NCBI GenBank assembly: GCA_964057225.1
Contig: OZ059897.1
Span: 16,306,001 to 16,370,000 of the forward strand
Source: Auanema rhodensis
Taxonomy: Eukaryota; Animalia; Nematoda
Reading direction: 5' to 3'
Length of the DNA: 64,000 bases
In this document: positions 39,326 through 53,655 of the stretch, one piece after another
Layout of the letters: each line of letters begins with the position of its first letter
How positions within the stretch are numbered: the stretch's first letter is position 1
Notes under the pieces: model-generated
Seen by the model: only the letters and a program-made list of their open reading frames with translations
Told to the model about the DNA's origin: nothing
The model's database searches: none
Program-made: the position numbers and the translations under genes

Positions 39326-42300
39326 ATGAAATTATTTTTGATATATAGCTTGATTTATTTATCAAATAGTTTTACGATTCAAAGAACAAAAAAAATAGGT
39401 ATGTGTATAACATATTTCACGTTATAATAAATTTATGAAAGTTTTAAATAATAATTTTAGCTTAACAAGCGATATTATATTACAGAAGAAGAAAAACCAA
39501 GCAAATTTCGAAAATTGATTACTGGAAAATCCATTCCGCATTTACCACAGGTAATTCAAACAACCCGCTATTTACTATATCAAAAGATTAAAAATCATAT
39601 ATCGTTAATATTAAATAGCACTATTTATAGTAAACATATTATATATTTATGACTTCAGCTGAACCGAATACCATCTATATCTAAAACAAAATCATTGGTT
39701 GTTCCCCCAGAAGCCGAATTTGATCCTTGCTTAACATCAAAAAGTATATGCTTAAATGATGGAAAATGTGTGAATCGTGATGGAATGTAAGTTTATTCAA
39801 AAAGTTTGTGGGTTTATTAACAATTGATGTATGGATAAATCTTACATACAGTTGTGGTACAGGTTCACGTGTCGTTGCCCACCAACTCATTATGGTAAAC
39901 GATGCGAAATATTGGCAGACATGAAAAATTGTAAAGACAATAAATGCCAAAACAATTCTGTTTGTGTTAGGTTTTCATTGTCGAAAGATTAATTTTCATG
40001 TTCCTGTTGTATTTTTAGTATACTTTACCCAAAAGATGTAGTAGACACATTGGTACAAAACAAGAAAACGGATATTGAATCAACCAATAAAAATTTAGAC
40101 AACTACATTATTCAGTTGAAATATGAGTAGGCTAAACCATTTGTGAATTATCCTTACTTTTTTTGTTTGTGTAGTTGTATCTGCCCTGAGGGCTTTTCTG
40201 GTACATTCTGTGAAATATCTGATGAAGAGCTATTTTGTCGGGAAAGCCATTGCATGAATCATGGAACAGGTACAATGACAGATGGCAAGTGTATTTGTGA
40301 TTGCCATTCTAACTACATTGGACAAAGGGTTTGAACAATACTTTAATAGATATTGAAGCTTTGTTGTAACATAATGATGATTCTAGTGTGAAACAGAAAA
40401 TCCCTGTGTTTCATATATATGCCATAACTCGGGAAAATGCGAGATACAAACAGATAAAAAGAGAAATTCTGTTGTAGCTGTTTGTAAATGCCCCGCAACA
40501 AGATTAATCAATTCCACCATCACTGGCTAGTTATACCATAATTAATAATAATAATGCCAAATCGAAACCTATCATATTGTAACCTATTTCAGGAGATCGT
40601 TGTGAAACTATCAAGATAAATAATGAAGTTGATCGTCAAGCCAAAGCATTGCCTTGCCGTCAAAATGCCTCAAGAAAGGAATGGGAAGAATTTATGATGC
40701 CTAGGTTTAAATAACGTTTTAAATTATATTGTCAGAGTTTTAGACTGAGTAGTGTAGATAGAACTTTCTTTGCTTCCAATCTGCAACAATGCCTAACGAG
40801 AACTGGACAGACTTGCACTAACCATCCCAAACTGCGAAATGATTGGTGTATTGGTGAAAAAGCTTTATGTGAACCGAGAGTAGTGAGATGTAAGAGTTTG
40901 CCTTTTCATATTTGGAAAAATCGTTAAGAAAACTTTAGTTCCCTCACAAAATAGTTATTTAATACCGTATTGCATGTGCAATGGAGCTGACACTGGAATA
41001 CTCTGCGAGGTAAAAAAAGAAAAACATCATTTTATTTACCTAAAACTCCAAGTTTCATAGAGACGATGCATGTGAACCAACTCTTGATGAAATGAAAAAG
41101 GGAATAACTCGACAAAGTCGTTGTACTGACTTGGATCACGGTGTTTGCATTGATATCCTAGGAGAACTGAAATGCGAGTACGTTTGTTTATAGAATTCTC
41201 AGTAATCCAATTTGATATTCAGTTGCCGTAAAGGATATGTTGGTGAAATGTGTGAAACTTATGATCCTTGTAGTAATAAACCCTGCGGAAATGCTGAATG
41301 CATAGCTGTTAGCAGATAATTCACAGATACTATTAAATGCTGAAGTTTTATAGATTCCATCAGAAACAGTTGCCAGTAAAACAGGACAAATTCGAGAGCT
41401 TCATAGATGCTTATGTGACATGGAGACTGATAGAATTCACGGTTTTTATAAAATATAATTTGGACCAATAACTTTAAAACGCAAACATTATATTGCAGGA
41501 GGATCAAACTGTGTTTATGCAGGCACAGGAAATTGTTCCTCCCCCGACCTTTGCCATAACGGCTTATGCTTACCATGCGAACATTCTGAAGAAGATGAAA
41601 TGCTTAATGTATGCACAGATCAGCAGCTCCAGAGAGGTTTTAGGTTTACTTTATTTCTCTACACAATATAACAAGTACTAACAAAGATGTATTTGCAAAC
41701 CTGGGTTTCAACCTCCTTATTGTGAAAATATTCAAGATCCATGCTTTGAGCATTTGTGTGCAAATAATGGTCAATGCCGAAAAACTTCTAAATATGACTA
41801 TGAGTATGATTTCTTTCTTTTTTTTTCTTTAAATGAATTTAGATGTACATGTAATCCAGGGACTCGGGGAACGTTATGTGAACACGTTTTCGATTATTGT
41901 AGGGCGACCGGTGAATCTTCACATTAAAATTGAAAAATGCATTGCATATATATCATTAATACAGGAAATATTCAATGTCTTCATGGGACTTGTCAAGAAG
42001 ATATTTCTTCTCTGCGCGGATTTTCTTGCCTATGTTACTATTCGTATTATGGAAAAAATTGCGAGCATAAAATGCTGCCAGCTGAAGCTATGTTCGCTGC
42101 GATTATGGTAGCTGAGCGATAGTTTTTGATCAATGACTAGTTTTTAGGAATATTATTGGATTACATTACCCTTAATTTCGATATTCATCACATGCACCAT
42201 ATTAGTTCTTGCACATTTTTGTAGTTTTTCCTATCACAGGTAGAAACATTACTTCTCGCATATTTGATAAATAATTTATATTGACAGAAACCAAGAAGTA

Positions 42301-42342
42301 GAACTAAGTTTAGACAGTAAGGAAAATATTGTTAACGATTAA
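39326..42342 (+). CDS. spe-9: SPE-9-like sperm surface protein: signal peptide, multiple EGF repeats, single TM segment, short cytoplasmic tail
   Basis: FDPCLTSKSICLNDGKC...FTCRCPPTHYGKRCE..D..NCKDNKCQNNSVCVS...YDCICPEGFSGTFCE...CLPCE...GFRCICKPGF..PYCE follows the recalled C. elegans SPE-9 layout. TM segment YWITLPLISIFITCTILVLAHF. The first exon is less certain. Confidence 0.82.
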
Positions 42343-42900
42343 TTTTCAATTAGTATTGAATGGTAATATATAGAATATTAAACACAATACAATAAGTAAG
42401 TATTATTAAATTTAAAAAAAAATTCTAATCTCGCAAATTTCAGGAGTTGCGTACTTTAACTAGACCCATATTTTTTAACCACATTTAATATAGAGCTATA
42501 AGTTTAATATTATCTACTGGTTTCTTAAATTAATAAAATATCATGAACAACTAGGCCATCAGAATTAAATATTATATATGCCTAAACTACAATGGGCCTC
42601 AATATTTTCAATGATCTTTATGCTCGCGCTAGCAAGTGCGCTCCAATGACAATGCCATTGAAATTTTAAAAATATTTTTATAAAAATTTATTAATTCACT
42701 AATTTCACATGATACTACTCAATAAATTTGAAAATTCTGCTATTGAAATTACTTGCAGGCTGTTCCTTTCACATTAATATTCTTCTTATCTGTTTATTGT
42801 TTCCCTAATAGGTTGGATTTGGTGAATTTTTGCCACTTTTATAGATATTTTCTTATTCAGGGCTCATTATTGTTAAAAAACAAAAATTCAAACGTCCACA

Positions 42901-45900
42901 CTGAAATTGCCACTGATTGAAAAGGATTCGGCGGACGAGGAGCCGCCGATTACGGGTAAGATAAAATTTGTTCCTTTTTCGCATTTATTAAATATGTAGA
43001 CGGGTTTCCGGATGATGATATTCAAATAGCTGAATCTGTCTCAACGGTAGTAACTCCAAATTGCTCTGACCCAGAAGACGATGACATTCAAATTCTTGGA
43101 CCACTCAAACGTCCTGGGGCTCCTATTATTAATGCCTCAAAGGTATAATGTTAACAATATATTTATTTTATACATTTTATAGAGATTGAAATCATCAAGC
43201 CTGCCCATGGGCTCTCCTTCATCTCCTGACTATGGCAATTCGGAATCTTTAAATACTCTTCTTGCAATGGGGTTAGTGAAAATTAGTTTTTCATATTTTA
43301 TTTCTTGTTTCAAGTTTTTCTGAAGAGCAAATTCCTCTTGCTTTGCGCTTAGCAGACGGTGATTTGGAGAAAGCTGTTCTATATCTAACTGGAGAAGTTC
43401 CTGGTTTAGATGACTATATGAGCAATTCTGCTTCAGGTTGAATACCTAAATGAAATAGAAATAAAACTTCCTTTGTTCAAGGTACTGTATCACGTTTGAG
43501 TAATGGCTCGGTTCGCGAAGAAGGATGTGGTCGCCTTCGATTACCCAGCACCTCTCTCTCTACTGTACAGGTAATACATTTCTTATTAGTTCTAACCTAT
43601 TAATTTTTAATTTAAAGAATTATATATATCAAGGCCGAAGTTTGTTCTATAAATCTGGCAACGCTTTGGATAGATGTGTCAAAGTAAAATATAGGTAGTA
43701 ATATGTTAGCTAATATATAATGTTTTTAGGCAGCTTCTAAAATTTGTGAAGAAGATGTAAATGCAATCGATTCAAAACTTGACGATTTTTTAATAAATTC
43801 TCTTCCTGAAGTTATTAATAGGCACAGTAGCCCCGTTGATGTATCATGACATGATTATTATTTTCTAAACCTATTTTCCAGGAAATTAGACTTGATGCTG
43901 AAGCTATTGATCTTTGCTATGCATTTTTCGAACTTGTAGTTCCTCTTTTGGCTTTAAGGTTTTTAAAAATTTTTATTTATTAATTAATTTTTTGTATTTT
44001 TAAGTTTACAACGTCCAAATTGTTTCGTTGTTGCTTGTCGTGGTTTATGTGAAATATTCAACCCTGATAGTAAATATAATAAAGCTACACGGCGACGCGA
44101 TCCCACTCCTGAACTGTATGTTTATTTTCTTATATATATTTTTAGGCATTTCGTTTTCAGTGAAAAGTTACTTGCTGCACATGACGTACATACGGATACA
44201 AATAAGTTTCTAGCTGTTAATTCTGCTCCATTAGCTCGCTTACAGGCAATACAATTCTTAATATGTTATATTTTGTTCATATTTTAGCAAGGTATTGAGA
44301 ATTTCTGCCAAGAAAATGGGTTCGTAACAATTCAGAAAGTTGTCAAAGGTTTGCCCCGAGATAATGGAGATTCTTTAGAGGTTGGCAAATTGTTTTTCTT
44401 TCTCTTCATTTATGAATTTGTAGCATATGCTTGCTTGTGTACAATTGTCTAATTTTGTAATTCCTTATCTAATACCTTCGAAGTTTATCGGAGCCACAGC
44501 TGATTGGATGGATCGAGGACTAGACATAATTGAAAGTTTGCATGAAAAGGACATACGTTCATCGGCAAGTTATAATTTCTATTTTATAAACGATATTAGT
44601 TATAGTATGCAAGAACATGTGTTTTGGACTTATTAGAAGAATTAAATAAACTTAGTTATCATATTCCTTCTACCGAACATCATGGAGAAAACGGTCGCCT
44701 CGATATATGTAGATTAGAATTCACACTCAAATGCTTGAAGTGCTCACAATTAGAAGCAAGAATGTTTGCTCTGAATGATGTAAGGTTTCATATTATGTTT
44801 TATCGTATAATTGATGATTCAGCTCTGTCTATTAGCTCAAAGTGTGAGGGAGAATAACCCAATTGTCGGAGAAGAGCTGTTGAATGACTGGCTCAAAGAG
44901 AATAAAATTCTTCATGCAGGTTGACGTTGTTTTAAACTTAAATTGTAATTTATTCAAACAGTTCTGAGCGGCAATTTGGATATGGCTGCATATGTCGAGA
45001 AAACAAATAAACTTCTAGCTTATATGGCTCCCATTATGTCAGATTCAGACATAGGTACCAATAAAAAAACATTATTTTTTCTAACAATTCTTTAATATTA
45101 GTCTATATTTGGTCATTACGGAAAGGAAGATTAGGAGTGTCTCCTGAACGTTTTCAATCTATAGTATCTCATATAGCATCTCAGTTCTCGTTTGAGCAAA
45201 TGATATTCACCTGTGATCTATTTCAAAAGGTGTGTCTTGTCTTATGTTCATCCCACATTCAGTTTATAGGCATTTAAAACTGGAGAGCATAGAACTTTTG
45301 AGAAAGTTTTCAATATATGTGCTGATGTTACACGCACCAGTGAAAATGATGAAGTAGTTAAAATGGTAAAAAACTCAAATTTAATTAATATTAATGGATT
45401 GTTTGCTTAGATAATTTATCAAATGTGGGATTACATAGTAACGGCGAAAAGTTTTCATTATGATATTTCTCATGCACTGGATATTCATGCAGAGATGATT
45501 TCCTTCAAGAAAAAGTTTGATTATCGTGATGAGTTTGTGAAGCGGAGCTTGATTGTTCTTCTGAAACACAAAGATCAAGAAAAAGTTTGAACATCTTTCT
45601 CTAATTTTTTATTTTTCATCAATTTCAGATTGTTCTTCCCATCCTGTTTGTTGTATATATTAGAAACATATTAGCTCTAGGAGTTAGGGAAACCCAAAAT
45701 ATTTCTGGCATTGTTACTAGAAAAACTAGTGTTCTTCGTGCAGAAAATAACGCTTGGGGTGGTAATACTGAACTTCACTTTATATATTATTTTTGTAAAT
45801 AATTTTAGATCAGGCCTCGGATGTTCAAAGAAGAACTGAATTAAAAAAACTACTTGTTGAACAAAATTTGTTTCACCATGTGGTTCGTAATATTATCAAA

Positions 45901-48900
45901 TGCCAAAAATTTGCCCACATAAGAAGTATGGAACTACAAGATTGTGTGATACCAGGAGGTATCTATAACATATCTTTTCTAATCTCTTTTTTTGTTTTCA
46001 AGAGAATTCTCGAAGTTGCTTTGATATCGAAGAGTCATTAGACCCTTTTTTAATGGACGTCGCTGATGGATATACATATGGTCAGGTTATTCAATTTTCT
46101 CTCAAACTGCTTGCTTGGATGTTTGAAAACGATGTGGTAGTATATACCAACGACAAAATTCAAGCTTTATGGAGTGCTTTAGTAGAAAGCGAACAGTCAA
46201 CGCCACCAGAAAAATCGGTAGAAGAGTGACTTATTTCATCTGTATCACTTTCGTTTAGGAATTTTTTCATTGGATTATGAGGTTGAGAAGAGATATAATC
46301 AAGGACGAAGCTTTATTACAATTTTTGGGTCTTTTTGGGAAATTGGATCCGTTACATATTACAGTTGATGGTACAATGTGTACCATTTCAATCTATAATA
46401 TTATTATTTATAGGTATGAAAGCATTCTTTGAAATTTATCATAGATTGGCAATAACTGCTATTGGTGTAAATGATGAGGTTTGCTAATATTGAATTCATT
46501 TAAAGTTTGGTTTTCAGGATCTCCGTAAGCATTGGAATACAGTTTGGGAGATATTAGAAAATGTTGAAGATCCTTTAGTTGTTGATAATATAACAGGAAG
46601 AATTGTTAAAGAAGGTACTTAAAAGAATATTTTTGATAGTTTTATCATCAATTTTTTTCTGGCGTTTTTGGAGATAGAAATAGTGTAGCAGCTCGTCCGT
46701 TTGTTGATTTTTGCTTGAAACGTCTTAAGCGTCAAATGGAGTAAGTTAACGCTTCGCATTCATTTCTATTCATTTATTTTCAGAGAGTTTGAGAAATCAA
46801 AAAATGGATGTCCAACAGAAGCTTCTCCTACCTTTCTTCGAAAAGTTAATCGAAATTTATGCGTATTAGCAAAATTCACTTCTGTTAACGAAGCTAACTT
46901 CTTAGTGCGTTTAGTTTTCCTTGCCATTATTTAGTATGAGTTTTACAGTATTCTCGCACAAGAACTCTACATAGCACAATCGTTCCTGGACGACCAGTTC
47001 GAGTAGACATGTATTGTGAAACTTTCGACATAGATCAAAAAGCTTTGTCAATTTCCACACATACCAATGAGCTGTTAGCTCATTTTAAAAGTAGGATTGA
47101 TCGACGTCTTGGATTTGTAAGTATATTTAATTCTAATAGTTATAAGGTATACATTTCAGTATGGAATAGATTCATATACTATGCATGTGGATTGGGGAGA
47201 TGATGAAGATAGAGAGATATCAATGCGTCATCCTTGGAAAACGCTTGAGCAGGTAATTTTTTCAAGAGGAAAAGTAGTATTGTTGTGGAGTTTCAGATTG
47301 CTCTTGTACCATCTAATGAAGATGTTCTCTATTCAAATTATGGAATTCTTCGAGTACGACTATTCATACGGAATATTAACAGCTTGTAAGATTGCATTTT
47401 AAAAATTTATTCCATTTTGATAATTTGCTTAGAAGACCCTTACAAAGAGTGAGCTTTGATACTAACAAGGTTTTAGAAGATGACTTACCTTCCACTTTCA
47501 TTCACACTGATAGCAGTGTAAGTTTTCCTCTCTTATACTTTTCATATATACTGTTTTTAGATATATTCTATTCTTTATTCTCTTCCAATAGGTAAAGATA
47601 AGAAAATGACTGCTGTACGTAGGCAACTGCTCGATATTCTTCCGAATGATATCAAAGTGGAAAAGGCTTTTGAAATATATAAGAAGGAGGTGAGTAAAAA
47701 TATGGTTTTTTATATTGCGCAATTAAATCCAGGTTGATAGCAATTTGGAATATGGAAAGTGTGTGATAAAGTATTCGTTCTGCAAAATTCAAGAAGTTAA
47801 AAGCGTACTTTCTCTAGATACTCCTCATAAATTCTTGTATGGGCTAGAGGTAGTTTAACACAGTAGGCACTGCTAAATATATTCATTTAAGGTTCTATGT
47901 GGTATGCTTATGCCGACTAGATATTCTATTGTTTCTGCTCACCAGTCTTGCAATACAATATCAGCGTTAACTAATTCTGATATCGTTGAACATATTATGA
48001 ACAATGTGGAGACACTTTGCTCAAACTTCAAAAACTATAATATTGCTGAAGATTCATTATATTTAGATATCATCGATCGAGCTAACTTACTCCTCAGGTA
48101 GTCTTACCAAAATTATTTTATTTTTGAGAAATTTCTTAAGGTATTTCCTGCTGAACAAATTTACTCTAAAGGAGTCTGCTATAGAGGACATTGAAATATG
48201 TGACCATTTGGAACACACTTCTCCTGAGTTTGGTTGTAATAAAGGAAAAATGGATCAAATCCGTACAGTTTCAAATATTTTTTCATCAAGGTACATTTTT
48301 TCCTACTTTTTTTCTACTGGTATTATTTTGTTTTTAAAGGCTAGAAACATTAGAAAAATGGAGCTTGAATCGTATCATCCACTTTGCCAATGTTTGGATA
48401 AAAATTATCGATGTAGTGCGAAGTAATAACAATCATTTGCTAGGAAATTTAACTGAGCGGGGAGTGGAAAGGTAGATAAATTTAAATAAATCATTCAAAG
48501 CTCAGATATTTTAGATTTGGTGAAGAAGGGGATAGAGATGTTTTTTCTGTTGAACAGGCTCTATATGCTACGAAAGATTTGTCATCAGATAGTCTAAGTG
48601 CTTAATAGATAAAATTTCTTGTTATAGCAGTTTTTCTCATTTCAGGAGTCTCATTTTTACGTTCGAAGCTCACGGTTGAATGTCTGCGATTACTGATGGA
48701 AATAATTCAACAATTTGTAGTCGTAAAAGATGAAGCGGTATTACTTGAATTAATTATGTTTCTGGCATTGAAAACATCATTTTTAGATATACTATGAATT
48801 GTTGTCCAAATTTGTTTTTGACAATACTTGGACTGGTTTTGCTCAATCCATTTTGCTTGATGGAAGAGATAACTTGGTATAACTCATTTTTTTGATACAA

Positions 48901-51900
48901 TATTGAATCATAAATTTATAGTTGCGGCATGTAGGATGTTTCTACCTCGTGTCAATTTTGAGAAAGTGTAGTATGGGTGTATCCGCTCTTAGCTTAGCCA
49001 GCTTATGTGAACTAATCGTACCGGTTTTATATGATGAACGACCGTCTTCAAAACTCAGTAAATCTATATATTTTTATGATATTGTTTTTCTTATTCAGAT
49101 AAGCTCGATTTGATACGACGGACCAATTTACTGGACATCACCCAAACAGTTAGCTCTGTTCTTGTTAATACGACGATGAGTGGTTCTGCTGACGACATTG
49201 AATTATGGAATAATGTGGTAGCTGGGATTGTTGATGTGAGTCCTTGTAATCAAATGTTATATTTTAATTTATTGTTTCAGCTCGTTGTCCCTCTTACGGA
49301 AAAAATAATATCAATAGATGTTGATCGATCCTTCGAGTTGGCTGATGGAGCGTTAATTTCATCTCTAATGGAGGTGCAATCCTTCCTTTTCATTATAGTT
49401 TTTAACGATAATTTTAGATAATACGAGGACTAGTCGCAAGTGGTAATTTAGATGAAACAATTACTTCAGAAGTCGGGGACTTCATTATTACCAAACTAAT
49501 TAACGGTAAATTGTTTCCTGGATATTCTGTTAACGATGATAATTTTACGTAAGTTTTTCCTTGTAGACAATGTTATCGAAATTTTTTTCAGCGATTTATC
49601 ATCTGTTTCTCCTCCCAGTCGATGGAATGATTTTGGTATCCGCAAGCAAGCTGTCGCTCTTTTGTTGGATCTTGCAGCTACTAATCATGGATCTAATGCT
49701 ATTAGACTTCTTGAAAAACTACATTTGTGCTACGAAAATGAATCTATAAATGGTTGGGAATTTGAGGTTTGTTTCACATTAATACTTAGTGCAGTATTTG
49801 TTCTATTTTTTAGCCTGACGTTGAAGAAAAACTCTACAACCGTGTTGGCTTGAAAAATGACGGCGGTACATGTTATATGAACAGCATTCTACAACAAGTG
49901 AGGAAACATTTTCATAAAACTTTTAAGTTGTTTTATTCAGATTTACGCTATTGAACCGATCGCCCGACAATTTGTTGGGCTTGATGTTAATACTGATTTA
50001 GTATGGGAAAATGGATTGAAAAGGTCAGAAAACAATGAGATTGACTTTTTATCTTTTGTTGCAGTGAATTGATCGTTGAATTACAACGTGTGTTTGGGCA
50101 TTTATATTTTTTACTAGAAAAAATTTGTGTTCCTCGTGGATTTTGGGAAGTATTCAGATTTTCTGGAGATGATCATTTAGATACTAAAAAGCAACATGAT
50201 GCTATAGATTTTCTAACTGAATTAGTAGATAAATGTGATACTATTATGGAGGCATGAAATCTATTCTTGCAATAGTTATAATTTATACTGTTTCAGAAAA
50301 TGAAACTGCCTCTGTTATTTAAGCCTCAATTGTCAGGAAAATTTGCTTATGAATATATTTGTTATGAATGTTATACTCGGTTTGATTCTATTCGAATAGA
50401 TATATTATCATATACCTTTAGCCACCAAGGACCAGAAGAAGAATATCTCACCGTTAACTTAGAACTGCATGGAACAACTCTCGAGGATAGTTTGCAGCAT
50501 TATGTCGATGGTGAAATTTTGGAAGGAGAAAATGCGTATCACTGTAGAGAATGTAATTCTAAAGTAAGTCCTGCAATAATACTTGTTCATAGTTTCAATT
50601 TCAGAGAACAACATTAAGGAGAGGTTCATTTTATACTTTACCCAACACTTTATCTATTCAACTGAAACGGTTCACTTTTGATTACACTGGTCGTCAAGCT
50701 CAAAAGAACAACGAGTATTGCAAAGTTAATTACAAATAAACTGCGTTCGTTAATTTAAATTAATTTGTAGTTCCCTGAGTTTTTGGATATGAATCCATAT
50801 ATGAAGCATTCCCAAACATACGATTCCAAAGATATTGATATGTTGTTCGAGGAGGTAAATATTGTGCTCCAAATTTATTCACATAATACTATTTCCAGAT
50901 ACATTCTACTCAAAAGCTAGGATCGACCACGAAGTCCGCCACTGGAACTACTCCACATCCATCTCCGTCTTCGCCAATGAAAATGCGTAGAAGAAGGCGT
51001 ATATCTACTTTGCCAACACAGGTGATAGTCTTATGTGTTACTAAACTGTTCCATTTTTAGCAAGTCAATCCAGAAGATTATCATTACGAACTGGTAGGAG
51101 TTTTGGCACACTCTGGTCTTGCTGCAGCCGGTCATTACTTTTCATTCGTAAAAGATCAAAAGTATCGAGACTTAAGTTTTATGCAGTATTTATATTTGTT
51201 TTAGCTGTGATTCCAAAAAATCGAAATGGTTTGAATTAAATGATTCACAAGTTAAGCCCTTTGATGTTGAAAGTGAAGCAGAAAATACTTGGTTTGGAGG
51301 CCATTTTCGAGCTTCGAAAAGTGAGTAGTATCTGTTCTTTATATATACTGAAATCATAACAGATGTTCATAATCTGCCAGAAGAAAGAACAAGAACATGG
51401 AATGCTTATGTCTTGTTTTATCAGAAAAAGCCTATTACTGGTTTTGGTAACACAGGAGATATTACTCCAAGGTTAGCTTATTTTCATAGTTTTTACATCA
51501 ATGTATTCAGAATAAAAAACTTGAATCAAAATGATATTTTCAATTCAATGCCTCCCTGGTTAAGACTCGAAATTGTGAATAAGAATACTCGTTTCATTAA
51601 GGTATACTGAACTTCAGTACTAAAAAAAAATTTGTTATAGGAAAGAGATCTTTATTCTGACGAATACAGAGATTTGATGTTAGAAGCTGCGAATCAATTT
51701 TATACTTCTATGTGCCAGCTATCGGCAAATGAAAGGATAACTTACAAAGAAGATATGTGTGTAAAAGCTCTTAAGGTAATTTTTTACTTAATTTCTCTTC
51801 TAAATTAAGTATTAAGTTTATACTATCCTTTTGTTCACGTATTTTATGGAGATTATCATCAATGTTCCGTTGTGCAGTTGTTCTTGAAAAATCACAAAAT

Positions 51901-53655
51901 GTTTTGTATCAACTTTTGAGTTGTAGTGGTAATGTTAGGCGCAGCTTTTTACATTTGCTGTCAGAGAATAACTATAAGGTAATTGAAAAATGTTTACTAG
52001 GATTATAACAATCCTACAGATATTCGAAGACTTATGCGATTGTCCAAACTTAGAAGTATTCAAATCATTTTTTGATAATATAAGTTTCATTCTTGTTTCT
52101 TGGGTAACCAGAGAAGAAAGTATTTATAACTCTGATAAAGAATTCGTGTTTCTTCGCAAATCTCTTCGTCTTTTAAAGTATGTTGTTTTTTCTCTTTTTT
52201 TACTGAATGAATGTGTGTAGGAATGAATATTATCACAATATCGACAATGCTGAGATTGTAGTTGATATGCTAGCTAAGATGGGACGAACAGAAGGAGGTT
52301 TGAAGGTATACTTCTTCTTTTTTTTTCATAATTTATCTCCCTTGCTCTAGATTCTGTGGGATTATGAAGTATCATCGATTTTATGTGATTTGGTTGTTTC
52401 ATTATACGAAAATGTTAAGTCTTAAACTTTTCTCTTTTTTTATTATTTTGTTTAGGACCATATACCTCGTTTGCGAATTTCTGACAGAGATTTGCGCCAT
52501 GATCGGCTCAAAGCAATTCCTGCCTTATTTTTAGATATTTTAAATTTTGGGTTATTCCAAGTTGATCAGATAGACGAAAGTCGATTAGCTTTAACTAAAA
52601 TTTCTGTTCATTAGTATGTTTCAACATATTTCCGCATTTTCTGTTTCTTAATTTTAGCCTATTAACATGGATTTACTGTACCACTCCTGAATCTAGGAGT
52701 ACACGTGAGAAAGTTGTTGAAGTATTGGCAGAGGCTGATGAAAAGCTCGGGCCTGAATTTACAGCCTCTAGAATGAACGCTTTACTGCATGTACGTTTAA
52801 TATTGCTTACTTTTAATGCAGCAATAGAAATTCTACTTTAGTGGATTACAACTACGCAAGTGATATCCATGAATGCTTGGGAATCTGTTATTAGTTTGAT
52901 CATTCGGACTGTCATTGTTAGAGAGGTAAAATCCAGTAGCGGATGTTTAAAATCAATTGACTCCATTTCAGAAGCTGGGTCATACTGATTGTGGGCGAGC
53001 TTTATGTTTATTCCTAGATGAGCAAGAAGTTCCATCGGCAGAAGATGTTTCTGACCCCAAAATATTTTTATTCAGCTTATTTTTTACAGAGTAGTCTTCA
53101 TTCTGGTGTTATTCCTTGGCTGGAGCACATGATTTCGAAAGGGGCTATAAAACCTTGCAATGATATGGTTCAAGCGTTAGAATTATTGTACAGCACAAAA
53201 AATTCTACGTTAGTTACCCAGTTCTTTACATTGCTATTTAGTTTTTTAGAGTTATACCAAGCATATTGGCCACTAGAGTTGAACGTTTAAAGATAATCGG
53301 TCAACGAATTGAAGAATGTACTTATGATTCACAAGGTGATTCATTAAATAGAATTATATAGTAATAATGTTATTTAGTGAGCGGAGTATATGATGAAGCA
53401 GAGTGTTCACGAAAGTCTAGGACTCCCGGTTTCATGCATCCGCATGGCCCAGATATTTTAGATATCACTGAAGTTGAACCAATAGCTCTGCCTAGTAATA
53501 AAATGTGCATTGATGAAGTGGAACGGTTTGTTTTGAACAAATATATATTTACTTTTTAATCTTTTAGAATCAATGAAGCAACACAAAAAACTTTCACGGC
53601 TACAGCTTTAGTAACATCTTCATCGGAAGATATTGACTTTAAGAAGATTATGTAG
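42901..53655 (+). CDS. Large ubiquitin-specific protease (USP24/USP9/USP34 group) with N-terminal UBA domain, ~60 introns
   Basis: UBA LNTLLAMGFSEEQIPLALRLADGDLEKAVLYL; Cys box VGLKNDGGTCYMNSILQQ (~49843-49897); QHDAIDFL; GEILEGENAYHC..C; LKRFTFD; His box YELVGVLAHSGLAAAGHYFSFVK; WFELND; NAYVLFY. The first in-frame ATG is at 43207; 42901 is a candidate CTG start (see findings). Confidence 0.92.

Noticed and set aside
36478-40137. Identical 13-mer GAGTAGGCTAAAC at two sites, considered as telomere-addition or DNA-elimination signals
   Set aside because: The second copy is simply a spe-9 exon/intron boundary. There are no TTAGGC arrays or convincing palindromic motif, so this is compatible with chance.
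46605-46673. Possible second GAG acceptor in the USP gene
   Set aside because: Ambiguous: a 35-nt GT-AG intron (46605-46639) preserves the same frame, so it cannot be decided without reads.
53038-53089. Apparent additional GC donor (TCG|GCAGAA) in the USP gene
   Set aside because: An in-frame canonical GT donor 9 nt downstream gives a normal 43-nt intron.
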